A stretch of DNA of 64,000 nt. It comes from a virus. Of this stretch, positions 8,402-17,256 are shown one piece after another; position 1 is the stretch's first letter, and each line of letters begins with the position of its first letter. A program made the position numbers and the translations under genes. The stretch lies in the IMG/VR virus record IMGVR_UViG_3300030390_002408; one strand, 5' to 3'. The notes below the pieces were generated by a model, which worked only from the letters and a program-made list of their open reading frames with translations, was not told the DNA's origin and did not search any database.

Positions 8402-10264
8402 TTAAATTCCTCCCCCATCTGTAATTGTCCAACCCTTTGTGCTTGTTAAATAGTTTCTTACTTCTTCACTTTCTCCACCACTTTCATATTTTGCAGTATT
8501 AAAATGAGCAACCACGTTACTTTGAACAGTTTTTGTTGCTGTCGTCCCATTCCATCCTGTCCAATGTATTAAAGCATCTTGATAATTTTGATTAGTCAAT
8601 GAGGTGTTTAAAAAAGCATAAAACATATTCGTCGTATTAGAAATATCTATATCTTTAATTCCGTCACCTTCAAAGTTTGTTGATAATCTAAAAATTTGGG
8701 ACATGGTTGTTGGTGCTAAATTGGTTCCAGTAAAGTCTTCATTAAAATTTGGATTACTGTTAAACATCCTACTTGCAACTACTACTGAATTAAAATTAGC
8801 TTGAGCAATTCCATTTAGACTAGATGGTGATGAATTAAATGATAAATCCATTGTAGTTGCGGATGAAAATGAATAGTTTGAAAAAACTGTCCCACTATCC
8901 CAAGCAACTTGACGAAACGCATTAACAAAATCAGTACAATTACTAAAATTTGGATAATCAGTAGGTTTTAAAACAATGTTTGTTAATGTATAAAAACAAG
9001 CATTCATAGAAGTTAAACCACTATAGGTACCCCAATTGTTCAATTCAGTAACTTTTAATTTATCAGGTGAATCTATAAAACTATAATTAATAATTCCACT
9101 TGTAATATTTATTTTAATAATATATACACCTCCCGTACTGTATGTATGGGTTGGGTCTGTTGATGTTGTAATTGTTGAAGTTTGTGAATCACCCCAATTA
9201 ATAGTATAATTAACTACTCCTGCATAATCAGGTGAAAAAGTAAATTCAGCAAGTCCATCACCTAAAGATGTATCTATTGTAAAAACTAATTCATCAACTG
9301 TAGGTGAGGGGGTTGGAGTAATTTGGGTTTGAGCATAGCTTGGAAATTCATCAGATACGTTAATTTCAGTCCTATCTTGGGTATCTCTAATTTGAGTATC
9401 ATCTAATGTATTTACTACCTCTGTAGTGAATATAATTGAGTTTTTATTACTATACTTTTTAATAGAATTTAATTGCTTTTGAATAGTATTAGGTACTAAG
9501 TATCCATGTAATTTAAGTTGGAATGTACTTTTTACTATTCTTTCACCACCCTGATTTAATTCAATGGGTGTGGCAAATGAGTCAATCATGGCTTTAAATT
9601 TAAACCTTTCAGGATTTCCCCAATAAGAGTCTGAAGCATAACTCATTGATTCAATTAATTTATTTAATTGCTCTACATAGTAAGTTGAAATAATAAAATC
9701 ATAAGTTATAGTAACATAATCTGGTACTACTACAGCATAAAATTGTTTTTTAGGAATTCTATTATTTAATATGTTAAAATTATCGTATGTGTTTTTTTGA
9801 CTATACTTCTTTTCAAATACATGAAGGTTATTAGGATTATTAGCATCTAATTTATTAGTAAGTGTTCTATTTTTTTCAATATTAGCTCTTTTAAATGTAA
9901 TCAAAGGCATCATTATCTTGCCTTTCTTATCTCTATAATATCCATCTTTTTGGATCTGTTTCCATCTTTCAGGAGAACCATAAATGATAGGAACTTTTTG
10001 AATTACACCATTTTGATCGATTTTAGGTTTAATTACATTTTCCATGTAATAAAAAATAGACTCATCTATTTCTTTAAAACCTAATTCAAAAGGTTTAACA
10101 TCATCATTTCTAAAAGATGTTTGTTTTCCTCTATTATTTAAATTAGCACTATCATTAGGATTTCCCCTAGTTTCTCCTGTGTCTGGATTAACATAAGGTT
10201 CCTGTTGGGAAATGCTTATTTCTCTTTGGGTTTTTGGTATAGGTTTTTTTCCTCTTTGAGCCAT
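8402..10264 (-). CDS. Tail completion/sheath terminator (gp15-like) fused to PKD-like and BspA/DUF285-like repeat domain
   Basis: N-terminal half has VPIIYGSPERW, MPLITFKR and PDYVTITY. After a TPTPSPT linker come YTINWGD...THTYSTGGVY (PKD) and WG...NMFYAF...NYQDALIHW...GWTITDGG (DUF285 type). Confidence 0.7.
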   Translation of the reverse strand: MAQRGKKPIPKTQREISISQQEPYVNPDTGETRGNPNDSANLNNRGKQTSFRNDDVKPFELGFKEIDESIFYYMENVIKPKIDQNGVIQKVPIIYGSPERWKQIQKDGYYRDKKGKIMMPLITFKRANIEKNRTLTNKLDANNPNNLHVFEKKYSQKNTYDNFNILNNRIPKKQFYAVVVPDYVTITYDFIISTYYVEQLNKLIESMSYASDSYWGNPERFKFKAMIDSFATPIELNQGGERIVKSTFQLKLHGYLVPNTIQKQLNSIKKYSNKNSIIFTTEVVNTLDDTQIRDTQDRTEINVSDEFPSYAQTQITPTPSPTVDELVFTIDTSLGDGLAEFTFSPDYAGVVNYTINWGDSQTSTITTSTDPTHTYSTGGVYIIKINITSGIINYSFIDSPDKLKVTELNNWGTYSGLTSMNACFYTLTNIVLKPTDYPNFSNCTDFVNAFRQVAWDSGTVFSNYSFSSATTMDLSFNSSPSSLNGIAQANFNSVVVASRMFNSNPNFNEDFTGTNLAPTTMSQIFRLSTNFEGDGIKDIDISNTTNMFYAFLNTSLTNQNYQDALIHWTGWNGTTATKTVQSNVVAHFNTAKYESGGESEEVRNYLTSTKGWTITDGGGI

Positions 10265-10827
10265 TATAATAATCTTTCTCTAGTTATTCCTACTTTATCA
10301 GCTGGGACATAATGTGTTTCACAAATAATTGAAATACTTCTACCATAATCCTCTAAATCAGGATTGAAATTACCCGGATCATTTGGATAATCAGGGTTTT
10401 TACCTGTGAAATATTGATTTGATATAACTTTATCTACTTCATAATATCCTTCTTGATATAATACAATATCTCCTACTTCTGGGACTAAGTCAGCTCCATA
10501 ATTGTGGTCTCCCTTATCGTAATTTTGGTTAAAATCCTTAGAAGCTTTAAGTAAATCATCCCGTAGGAATTTAAAAGTAACACCCCAATCAAAGTCAGTA
10601 CCTAAGTCAGTTTCAGGATATTCTTGATCTTTTCTATCAACTAAACAATTAAGCAATATAGGACCCATGTAGAATTTTTCCTCAGCGGACTCTCCATATA
10701 TGTTAACCTTAGTTTCTTCTATTTTATATTTATAAAATGAGCATTGTTGGGTAATAATATCACCCATCAATTCTCTATTTATATGTCTAAATAAACTAAA
10801 GTCTCTTTTTGTTCCAAATAATGCCAT
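10264..10827 (-). CDS. Neck/head-closure protein (gp14-like)
   Basis: NIYGES and PEVGDIV motifs; lies between the gp13-like and gp15-like genes. Confidence 0.65.
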   Translation of the reverse strand: MALFGTKRDFSLFRHINRELMGDIITQQCSFYKYKIEETKVNIYGESAEEKFYMGPILLNCLVDRKDQEYPETDLGTDFDWGVTFKFLRDDLLKASKDFNQNYDKGDHNYGADLVPEVGDIVLYQEGYYEVDKVISNQYFTGKNPDYPNDPGNFNPDLEDYGRSISIICETHYVPADKVGITRERLL

Positions 10828-10828
10828 A

Positions 10829-12001
10829 CTATCCTATATAAATTGGGAAAGGTACTTGAGATAGTTCTTTCTGTTTAAAATCTGCTTGTTGGGATTGAGC
10901 TTCTAATAATTTTGTTCTAGAAGTTGAATCTAAATAAGTTCTTAAATTTTCAATTAATTTTTCTTTTTCTGCAGTAGCTGAAGAAATTAAATCTGATTGG
11001 TTTAATGTTAAACTATCTCCAGGGATTGGAATTGTACCGAATTTACCTCTAACATACCCCAACATTTCTTTACATAATGCTAAAGCATACTCAAATATCC
11101 AACTTCTACCCACTGAGTTTATTCGGGAGTATTCAGGATTTTGGTAAGGTACATTAGCAACATTTGTTATTTTTGCAGTTCCATCTTTAAATTGAGCATC
11201 ATATCTTTCAGATTTAAGTAAAAAGTGGAAGTATAAACTATTCATACCCGCAATACTTGAAGGGGTTGGAATTGGAAATATTCTTATTTTGTTATTTGTA
11301 ATTTCAAATGAAAAGTTTGATTTTCTAATTTGATCATTCATTTCAATCTGTTGGATGATTTGAAGATCATAATTTAAAGGCATTAATGTAAAGTTAATTT
11401 GGGGTGAGTAATTACCCCAACCAAAGCTATCCATTAAATTCATTACCCCACCTCCACTTCCTACATAGGGATCAAAGAATTTTACAATTGCTGGAGGTGA
11501 TTCGAAAAATATTCTTTTAATTTCTAAATCTCCTGTTTCATACCCCGAAGCAGAAGCCCAAACATTTAAATCATAATCTTGAACTGATGCTGTTAAAGCA
11601 AATGATCCTGTTTTATAATCTACATTACCCCCAGTTCCAGCTTCAACTCCATACTGTTCACTTAATGAGATAATTCTACCCATATTAGGAGTAACTAATT
11701 GATTATTAATAGAAACAGTATCAAATGAACTGGTATCAGCTCCTTCTAATCCTAAATAATTCTCTCTAATTTGATAGGCATAAATTTCATTTCCATATAC
11801 CGTAGTTGCTTGCTCAAAAGCAGCATAAAAATTTAAATCTTGAAGTTCTACATCAACAATAGGATATCCTAACCTACGAGAGGAGAATAAAGCAAACTTA
11901 TCAGCGTCAGCTTGAAAATTTGTATCCGTATCATAAAATCCAAAAGGGGTAGAACCTGTTGCAAAGCTACTTGAACCAGGCCATATGGGTATATTTGCCA
12001 T
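10829..12001 (-). CDS. Neck protein / head-tail adaptor (gp13-like)
   Basis: RRLGYPIVDVEL, WIFEYALALCKEMLGYVRGKF and IPGDSLTLN motifs. Confidence 0.8.
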   Translation of the reverse strand: MANIPIWPGSSSFATGSTPFGFYDTDTNFQADADKFALFSSRRLGYPIVDVELQDLNFYAAFEQATTVYGNEIYAYQIRENYLGLEGADTSSFDTVSINNQLVTPNMGRIISLSEQYGVEAGTGGNVDYKTGSFALTASVQDYDLNVWASASGYETGDLEIKRIFFESPPAIVKFFDPYVGSGGGVMNLMDSFGWGNYSPQINFTLMPLNYDLQIIQQIEMNDQIRKSNFSFEITNNKIRIFPIPTPSSIAGMNSLYFHFLLKSERYDAQFKDGTAKITNVANVPYQNPEYSRINSVGRSWIFEYALALCKEMLGYVRGKFGTIPIPGDSLTLNQSDLISSATAEKEKLIENLRTYLDSTSRTKLLEAQSQQADFKQKELSQVPFPIYIG

Positions 12002-12013
12002 TCTAATATTTTG

Positions 12014-12023
12014 TTATAAATAT
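12014..12023 (-). promoter_or_regulatory. Putative late promoter ATATTTATAA (neck operon)
   Basis: Motif 12 nt upstream of ATG. Confidence 0.6.
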
Positions 12024-12033
12024 TGAGAAAGGA

Positions 12034-12762
12034 TTATTTATTTCCTTTTGGTTTAGGAGTTCTGGGGATTATTGATTTTGTTGCAGCTTCTTCATAGTAT
12101 TCTATTAAATCTTCTACAATAGAGTCTCTATGGTTAGTAAGTAATGTAATTCCTGCAAGATTTTTAATTTTAGATGAGGCTTTGTATAAAAACCTAAACC
12201 CCGAGTCTCTTTTATTTTTCAAATCAACTTGATGGTCATCTCCACAAATTATCATTTTGCTTCTTTTACCTATTCGGGTAGTAATCATTTCCATCTGTTC
12301 ATGAGTAACGTTTTGAGCTTCATCTACTATTATACATGAGTCAACAAATGTTCTCCCCCTCATAAAGGATACAGGTACAATTTCTATTTCTCCATTTTCA
12401 ACACACTTTTCAATTTTTACCTTATCATAAAGTAAAAACATATTTTGGTAAATAGGTTGAACCCAAGGATCCATTTTATCCCTTAAATCCCCTGGTAGGA
12501 AGCCTATTTCTTCTTTTGATACTGTAGGTCTAGTAATAATAACTTTGTCATACTCTTTTCTAAATAACCCATCTAAGGCTATTTGACAAGCTAATAATGT
12601 TTTTCCAGATCCTGCTGAACCTGCTAAAAGAGTTAAAGTGCTATTTAGTATTTCTTCCTTGGCTAGCTTTTGCTCTTCATTAAGTTGGAGTTTAAATTTA
12701 ATGGGATTTTTAAGAATTTTTTGTTTTCTATGAACTTCTTCATTATGAGATTTTGATGCCAT
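12034..12762 (-). CDS. phoH: PhoH-family ATPase
   Basis: GSAGSGKT, ITRP, GFLPG, FMRGRTF, DEAQN, TRIG and GDDHQ motifs. Confidence 0.95.
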   Translation of the reverse strand: MASKSHNEEVHRKQKILKNPIKFKLQLNEEQKLAKEEILNSTLTLLAGSAGSGKTLLACQIALDGLFRKEYDKVIITRPTVSKEEIGFLPGDLRDKMDPWVQPIYQNMFLLYDKVKIEKCVENGEIEIVPVSFMRGRTFVDSCIIVDEAQNVTHEQMEMITTRIGKRSKMIICGDDHQVDLKNKRDSGFRFLYKASSKIKNLAGITLLTNHRDSIVEDLIEYYEEAATKSIIPRTPKPKGNK

Positions 12763-12788
12763 TTATAACTGTCTTTTTTGTTCCAATA

Positions 12789-12820
12789 TAAATATAATAT
12801 AAATTAGATCAATTACCAAA
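12789..12820 (-). promoter_or_regulatory. Bacteroidota-type promoter upstream of phoH (overlaps late motif)
   Basis: TTTG-N20-TATATTTA. Confidence 0.55.
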
Positions 12821-13285
12821 TTTGAAATTTAAATACTTTTTTACTTTAGACCAATACCTTATAGTTGAGTTGTTTTTATAACCTTTGGGCCCTCCATTCC
12901 AACATCTAGCTATTATTTCATTTGATGATGTTTTATGATGGTAATTTTTCCACACATTAAACATTTCAATACTCTTTACTCTACTCCATCTATCTTTATT
13001 TTTAAATCTTTTAGGATTTTGTTGTATTTTAAGTATTCTATTTGCTTCACACACCATTATGGGTCTAATTTGTAAGCACCCTATAGACGGTACTTTCATG
13101 TGTTTATCCCCAATACAACTATCATTATTACTACTTTCAATATGGATAAGTGCCTGGATTAGGTTTGATGGTTTTATTATTGGTTTTGGCAGATCTATTG
13201 GTTTATTTTCTACTAATTCTCTACTATCACAGATAGTATTAGGAAGTAGCATCATGGCTACCCCCATACATTTTAATAAACTCAT
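12809..13285 (-). CDS. Lysozyme-fold / lytic transglycosylase-like protein
   Basis: ALIHIESS (catalytic Glu), GCLQI and WNGGPKG...YW motifs; hydrophobic N-terminus. Confidence 0.7.
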   Translation of the reverse strand: MSLLKCMGVAMMLLPNTICDSRELVENKPIDLPKPIIKPSNLIQALIHIESSNNDSCIGDKHMKVPSIGCLQIRPIMVCEANRILKIQQNPKRFKNKDRWSRVKSIEMFNVWKNYHHKTSSNEIIARCWNGGPKGYKNNSTIRYWSKVKKYLNFKFGN

Positions 13286-13288
13286 AAA

Positions 13289-13465
13289 TTATAGTTGTTC
13301 GTTTTGTTTATGTAAACTCTCTAAAAATTCATCTAACTCATTCAATGTCCAATCTTGGAAATTATAAGTTCTAGGACGAAAACCATTTATTTCTTTATAA
13401 ACATCAGAAATAATTGAAATTGTTTCATTTATGTCTTCTTGTACTTTTTGATCTATACTCATCAT
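13289..13465 (-). CDS. Small early hypothetical protein (58 aa, SDVYKEINGFRPR motif)
   Basis: Not in the ORF track: MMSIDQKVQEDINETISIISDVYKEINGFRPRTYNFQDWTLNELDEFLESLHKQNEQL, directly downstream of the repeated promoter cassette. Confidence 0.7.
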   Translation of the reverse strand: MMSIDQKVQEDINETISIISDVYKEINGFRPRTYNFQDWTLNELDEFLESLHKQNEQL

Positions 13466-13518
13466 AACTTTTATTTTTTGCGCTGTTTAACCTTGCAACC
13501 TTACCCCTAAATATACGA
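13463..13518 (-). repeat. 56-bp promoter + leader + start-codon direct repeat, copy 1
   Basis: Matches 15446-15501 with one mismatch (13470-13518 identical to 15453-15501). Confidence 0.9.
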
Positions 13519-13539
13519 TGGCTTCCTCAGGAAGCCAAA
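13508..13539 (-). promoter_or_regulatory. Bacteroidota sigma-A-type early promoter with palindromic spacer
   Basis: TTTG-N20-TATATTTA; perfect inverted repeat TGGCTTCC-TGA-GGAAGCCA at 13519-13537. Confidence 0.7.
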
Positions 13540-13685
13540 TTCTTTGCGTGTTTTCTTTTACGAGTATACGCTTTATTTGATGGGTGTATTTTATGTTTTG
13601 AAACCCACCCTGTAAGATTTTCTAATTCTATTTCTCTAGATGCTTTTCTATTGAATTTTAGGATTTGGTTTTTTGTTACTTTCAT
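13527..13685 (-). CDS. Small basic protein (52 aa)
   Basis: Not in the ORF track: MKVTKNQILKFNRKASREIELENLTGWVSKHKIHPSNKAYTRKRKHAKNLAS; A-rich leader. Confidence 0.65.
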   Translation of the reverse strand: MKVTKNQILKFNRKASREIELENLTGWVSKHKIHPSNKAYTRKRKHAKNLAS

Positions 13686-13821
13686 TTTTTTTATCTTCTA
13701 AAAGACAAGTAGACCTATTAAAAATTAGGTCTTCTGTGTCTCTATAATTTGGATTACCTCCCATTATAATATACATATCTCGAAATTTTGGGGGTATCTT
13801 TGATTTTGGTTTTTTGTCCAT
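13648..13821 (-). CDS. Possible small hypothetical protein (57 aa)
   Basis: MDKKPKSKIPPKFRDMYIIMGGNPNYRDTEDL...; fills the gap but overlaps the next ORF by 38 nt. Confidence 0.35.
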   Translation of the reverse strand: MDKKPKSKIPPKFRDMYIIMGGNPNYRDTEDLIFNRSTCLLEDKKNESNKKPNPKIQ

Positions 13822-13829
13822 TGTTATTG

Positions 13830-14477
13830 TTAGTTATCTAAATCTCCAAAAATATAATTATCAAAATCATCAATGAAATCTTGATCTGTAAATAGATTAT
13901 ACTCGGTAAAGGTACTATCATTATCTATCCCAAACTTATTCTTAAGTGATTCTAAATATTTTTCAATATCAGATTGAGGATTACCCTTAAGAGCTTTTGC
14001 GGCGTCATTTACTATTCTTTCATAATCTAAAGTTCTTTGATCTTCATTTATAAATTTTTTCCACTTTGATTCGTAATTTTCATTCATATCTGTATTTTCT
14101 ATTTTAACAATATTTTTTAACTCTCCTAAAGCTCTATCAAATGTAGATTTTTTAATCATATTCCAGCTACGATCCATTCTATTATATACTTGTAAATAAT
14201 TAACACCTCCGGTTTGGAATTTATCAATTACTCTTTGCATAGTATCATCTATCTCATTACCCCTAACCGTAATGGTACCTCCTTCTTTATATCTTTCAAT
14301 ATCTCCAGTTTCTAAATCAATTGATCTAATATCTCCCATTACAGGAAATATATCATCAGGGTCGATTTTGTTTTGATTTAATGCATCGTTTAAATACTCC
14401 CCACCATCAAAATGGTTATAAATCATTTCAGCAGTATTTTCATCTGTTATATCAACTATGTATGCTCTTGTTGCCAT
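13830..14477 (-). CDS. Hypothetical protein (MATR...IYNHFDG family) with internal MNE/FINE motifs
   Basis: 215 aa; late-like motif at 14491-14500; internal ENYESKWKKFINE segment resembles the leaders of the putative head proteins. Confidence 0.6.
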   Translation of the reverse strand: MATRAYIVDITDENTAEMIYNHFDGGEYLNDALNQNKIDPDDIFPVMGDIRSIDLETGDIERYKEGGTITVRGNEIDDTMQRVIDKFQTGGVNYLQVYNRMDRSWNMIKKSTFDRALGELKNIVKIENTDMNENYESKWKKFINEDQRTLDYERIVNDAAKALKGNPQSDIEKYLESLKNKFGIDNDSTFTEYNLFTDQDFIDDFDNYIFGDLDN

Positions 14478-14499
14478 TATTTTGATTTTATGATAAATA

Positions 14500-14910
14500 T
14501 TATAAGTTGTATTTTAATTTATAGTTTTCAATTAAGCTTTCACCTACTCCTAACTCTAATATTATAGCATCTTTAGGTACGCCTGGAAGTTTAGGGTTGG
14601 ATATGATGAAATCAATATTTTCATTATTCCATACTTTTATTTTAGTTTTAGCATTTGATCTTTCAGATGTTTTAAAAACCATAACTACAGGAGTTTTACC
14701 ATATGATTTACCTTTTTCAATTTTAGGTTTTGAATATTTTTTCCCTTTAGGATAGGTAATTTCTACCTTATAATGGCCATTTTTTGCTTTATCTTTATCA
14801 AAGTAATATGTTGTTATTTCCCCTAATTCTGGGTTAGTAGTATATTCATTAACTACTTGGGTGTATTTTGTTACAACCTTAACTTCTTCTGATGGTCTTC
14901 CTCTACTCAT
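14500..14910 (-). CDS. Hypothetical protein
   Basis: 136-aa ORF with AAAAGTTATG start context. Confidence 0.6.
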   Translation of the reverse strand: MSRGRPSEEVKVVTKYTQVVNEYTTNPELGEITTYYFDKDKAKNGHYKVEITYPKGKKYSKPKIEKGKSYGKTPVVMVFKTSERSNAKTKIKVWNNENIDFIISNPKLPGVPKDAIILELGVGESLIENYKLKYNL

Positions 14911-14915
14911 AACTT

Positions 14916-15266
14916 TTATTTTACTGATTCTAAATAATTTACAAAATCTTCTAAGATATCTTTATCAACCCACCCAAAAATGCCACTACCATCATAATGA
15001 GATAATAATTTGTAGTATTTGGGATAGTTTCTAATTATTGAACTTTTTTTAAGTTGAATACCACTCCCATTTTCTTTTGTTATAAGCATTTCAAAAGAAC
15101 TATAAAGACTATAATCTGTAAGATTTTTTCTAGGAAAACAATAATGTCCCTCACTTGCTTGAATGCTTAATTGATACTTCCCAATTTTAAGAGGAGCAAT
15201 AATTTTACGATTTAAGTAAATACTTCCTACTTCTTGATTGTTTAATCTTTCTACTAATTCCATCAT
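14916..15266 (-). CDS. Hypothetical phage protein (SIQASxxHYCxPR motif)
   Basis: 116-aa ORF with AAAAGTTATG start context. Confidence 0.6.
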   Translation of the reverse strand: MMELVERLNNQEVGSIYLNRKIIAPLKIGKYQLSIQASEGHYCFPRKNLTDYSLYSSFEMLITKENGSGIQLKKSSIIRNYPKYYKLLSHYDGSGIFGWVDKDILEDFVNYLESVK

Positions 15267-15277
15267 AACTTTTATTT

Positions 15278-15448
15278 TTAATAAATAAATTCTTCTTTAA
15301 TTAATTGTTTATACCCTTCAAATTGATCTTCAGTAAGTCTACCTAATATAAAAAATGAATTTAAAGCTTGCATGGCATCTTTTTTAGTAAATGCTGTGTA
15401 AACCATTTCATCAATTTGTTCAATTCTATCAAAATCTTTTTTACTCAT
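15278..15448 (-). CDS. Small early hypothetical protein (56 aa)
   Basis: Not in the ORF track: MSKKDFDRIEQIDEMVYTAFTKKDAMQALNSFFILGRLTEDQFEGYKQLIKEEFIY; first gene after repeat copy 2. Confidence 0.65.
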   Translation of the reverse strand: MSKKDFDRIEQIDEMVYTAFTKKDAMQALNSFFILGRLTEDQFEGYKQLIKEEFIY

Positions 15449-15501
15449 AACCTTTATTTTTTGCGCTGTTTAACCTTGCAACCTTACCCCTAAATATACG
15501 A
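15446..15501 (-). repeat. 56-bp promoter + leader + start-codon direct repeat, copy 2
   Basis: Matches 13463-13518. Confidence 0.9.
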
Positions 15502-15522
15502 ACAGTATCTCGGGAAGCCTAA
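15491..15522 (-). promoter_or_regulatory. Bacteroidota-type early promoter
   Basis: TTAG-N20-TATATTTA. Confidence 0.6.
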
Positions 15523-15531
15523 TTTTTAGCC

Positions 15532-15558
15532 AAAAAAAGAGGCGCAATTTGCGCCTCT
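15532..15558 (-). terminator. Rho-independent terminator after major capsid gene
   Basis: AGAGGCGC-AAAUU-GCGCCUCU followed by a U-run. Confidence 0.9.
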
Positions 15559-15584
15559 CTTAATATTAATTTATGTGTTTAATA

Positions 15585-17222
15585 CTATAAAGTATTTAAA
15601 CCACTTACATAAATCTTACCATAGAATTCAGGACGAACCACTTTCTTAGCGTATCTAGTCAATAGACCTTTACGTGGAGTGAAAGTTTCTGGATCGTACA
15701 CTAAAGGAGTCATAATTAATGGAACATAAGGAGCAAATACAGCACCTGCTTCCAAGAATTGTCCACCTCTATAACCCATCAAGATAGTATTTTCTTTCAT
15801 GTATGGGTTTTTGTATACAGTGTATCTGTTATTGATAGCACCCGCTTTCTGAACACCAAATGCATATGAAGCTTTTGAAACATCACCATCAGAATTTGAA
15901 GCATATCCAGGAATAGATTCTAAAACAGTAGCTACTGTTGGAGAACATACTAAGAAATTAGCTCCACCTCTAAGAGTTTTCTGGTGAATAATGTTAGATA
16001 ACTTTTGCATTTTAGTTCCTAAAGTTTGGAACCATTGTCCTTGAGAGTTATAAAATCCTAAATCAGAACTTAAAACACCTGTAGATGCAATAGATTCGTT
16101 ATTTTTAGCACTCCAGTACTCAGTACCAGCAGCTGCTGATTCAATTAACATATCAAGAATTTCCATGTCTATTTCTAATGAAATATACTCACTCATGATT
16201 GAAGTTAATTCAGCTTCAGCATCCAAAGAATGGTAAGCATTCAAATCTTGAGCAAATTCTGGAGTCCAAACAGCTTTAAGCTTTCTTGTTTTCGCAACAA
16301 TAGCTTCAGATTTCATTTGAACATTAATTTCTGGAATAGAAATTGCAGTATTATCACCATTTAAGTTAGTGTTTCCGTCTTCGAAATCACCTCTGTTTTT
16401 GTCTGTTGGAGCTAATACATACTCAACAGTAACAGTAGATGCTTGAACTGGAGCTCCAACTTTTGGAACTAAAAATTCAACATTTGCTCCAGCTAATTTT
16501 GTAAAGGCTGAAACTTGGATTCCAGCAGCACCTGCTACGAAAGAACCTGTTTGTAATTGAAATGCTCTAATTGCTTCAGCATCATAGTTAGTTAAAGAAG
16601 CATGAGGTACTGCAACTACTACATGATCTCCAGCAGCAATAGAAGCTGAAAAATCACTATCAGCGTTTCCATCTGTAAACCAATCAGCAGATGAAGTTGT
16701 AGCTGTAGCTGTAGAAGAAGTATCATTAATAGAGTAGCTAAATCTTCCAGCTCCATAAGAACCACCTGTACTACCATTACCAAAAGGAGTATTTCCATCA
16801 GTATCACCATATAAAGATTTAGCAGGATTTGCATCCCCAAATGGAGATTTTGCGCTTCCATATTGGAAATCTAAGAAAAATACTAGACCTGAAGGTAAGT
16901 TCATTGGCTGAACAGAAACGAATTCTTTAGCAGCGATTTGACCAAATACCTTTCTTACTAATGGTAAAGCAACTCCAGCCCATTGAGCTCCAGTTCCTGC
17001 TGTAAAGCTTCCTGCTCCATTACCACCACCGGTGCTACTTGTTTCCATAACTAATTGCTTAGCTTGGTTTTCTAGAATCATAGACATATTGTTTTTATCC
17101 GCCTCACCATCGAGACCTTCTAACAAACCTGTCTTGTTCCATTTGTTGGCTAATCTAGCAGCATCACTCTGTAGTGACTTGTAAGGATTAGCACTTTCTA
17201 AAAGAGATTGTAATTGTGACAT
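15585..17222 (-). CDS. gp23: Major capsid protein (T4 gp23-like)
   Basis: LPLVRKVF, VSVQPMNLPSGLVF, AKTRKLKAVWTPEFAQDL, APYVPL and FTPRKGLLTRY motifs. Confidence 0.97.
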   Translation of the reverse strand: MSQLQSLLESANPYKSLQSDAARLANKWNKTGLLEGLDGEADKNNMSMILENQAKQLVMETSSTGGGNGAGSFTAGTGAQWAGVALPLVRKVFGQIAAKEFVSVQPMNLPSGLVFFLDFQYGSAKSPFGDANPAKSLYGDTDGNTPFGNGSTGGSYGAGRFSYSINDTSSTATATTSSADWFTDGNADSDFSASIAAGDHVVVAVPHASLTNYDAEAIRAFQLQTGSFVAGAAGIQVSAFTKLAGANVEFLVPKVGAPVQASTVTVEYVLAPTDKNRGDFEDGNTNLNGDNTAISIPEINVQMKSEAIVAKTRKLKAVWTPEFAQDLNAYHSLDAEAELTSIMSEYISLEIDMEILDMLIESAAAGTEYWSAKNNESIASTGVLSSDLGFYNSQGQWFQTLGTKMQKLSNIIHQKTLRGGANFLVCSPTVATVLESIPGYASNSDGDVSKASYAFGVQKAGAINNRYTVYKNPYMKENTILMGYRGGQFLEAGAVFAPYVPLIMTPLVYDPETFTPRKGLLTRYAKKVVRPEFYGKIYVSGLNTL

Positions 17223-17256
17223 CTTTTTTTAAGTTTTTAAGTTTTTAAATTTTTAA

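Noticed and set aside
13463-15501. Repeat pair as a CRISPR array or IS/att ends
   Set aside because: Only two copies 2 kb apart, each made of promoter, leader and ATG; no spacers, transposase or integrase
16619-16861. 80-aa alternative-frame ORF inside the capsid gene
   Set aside because: Leu/Met/Val-rich off-frame reading typical of NNT/NNA codon bias; no initiation signal
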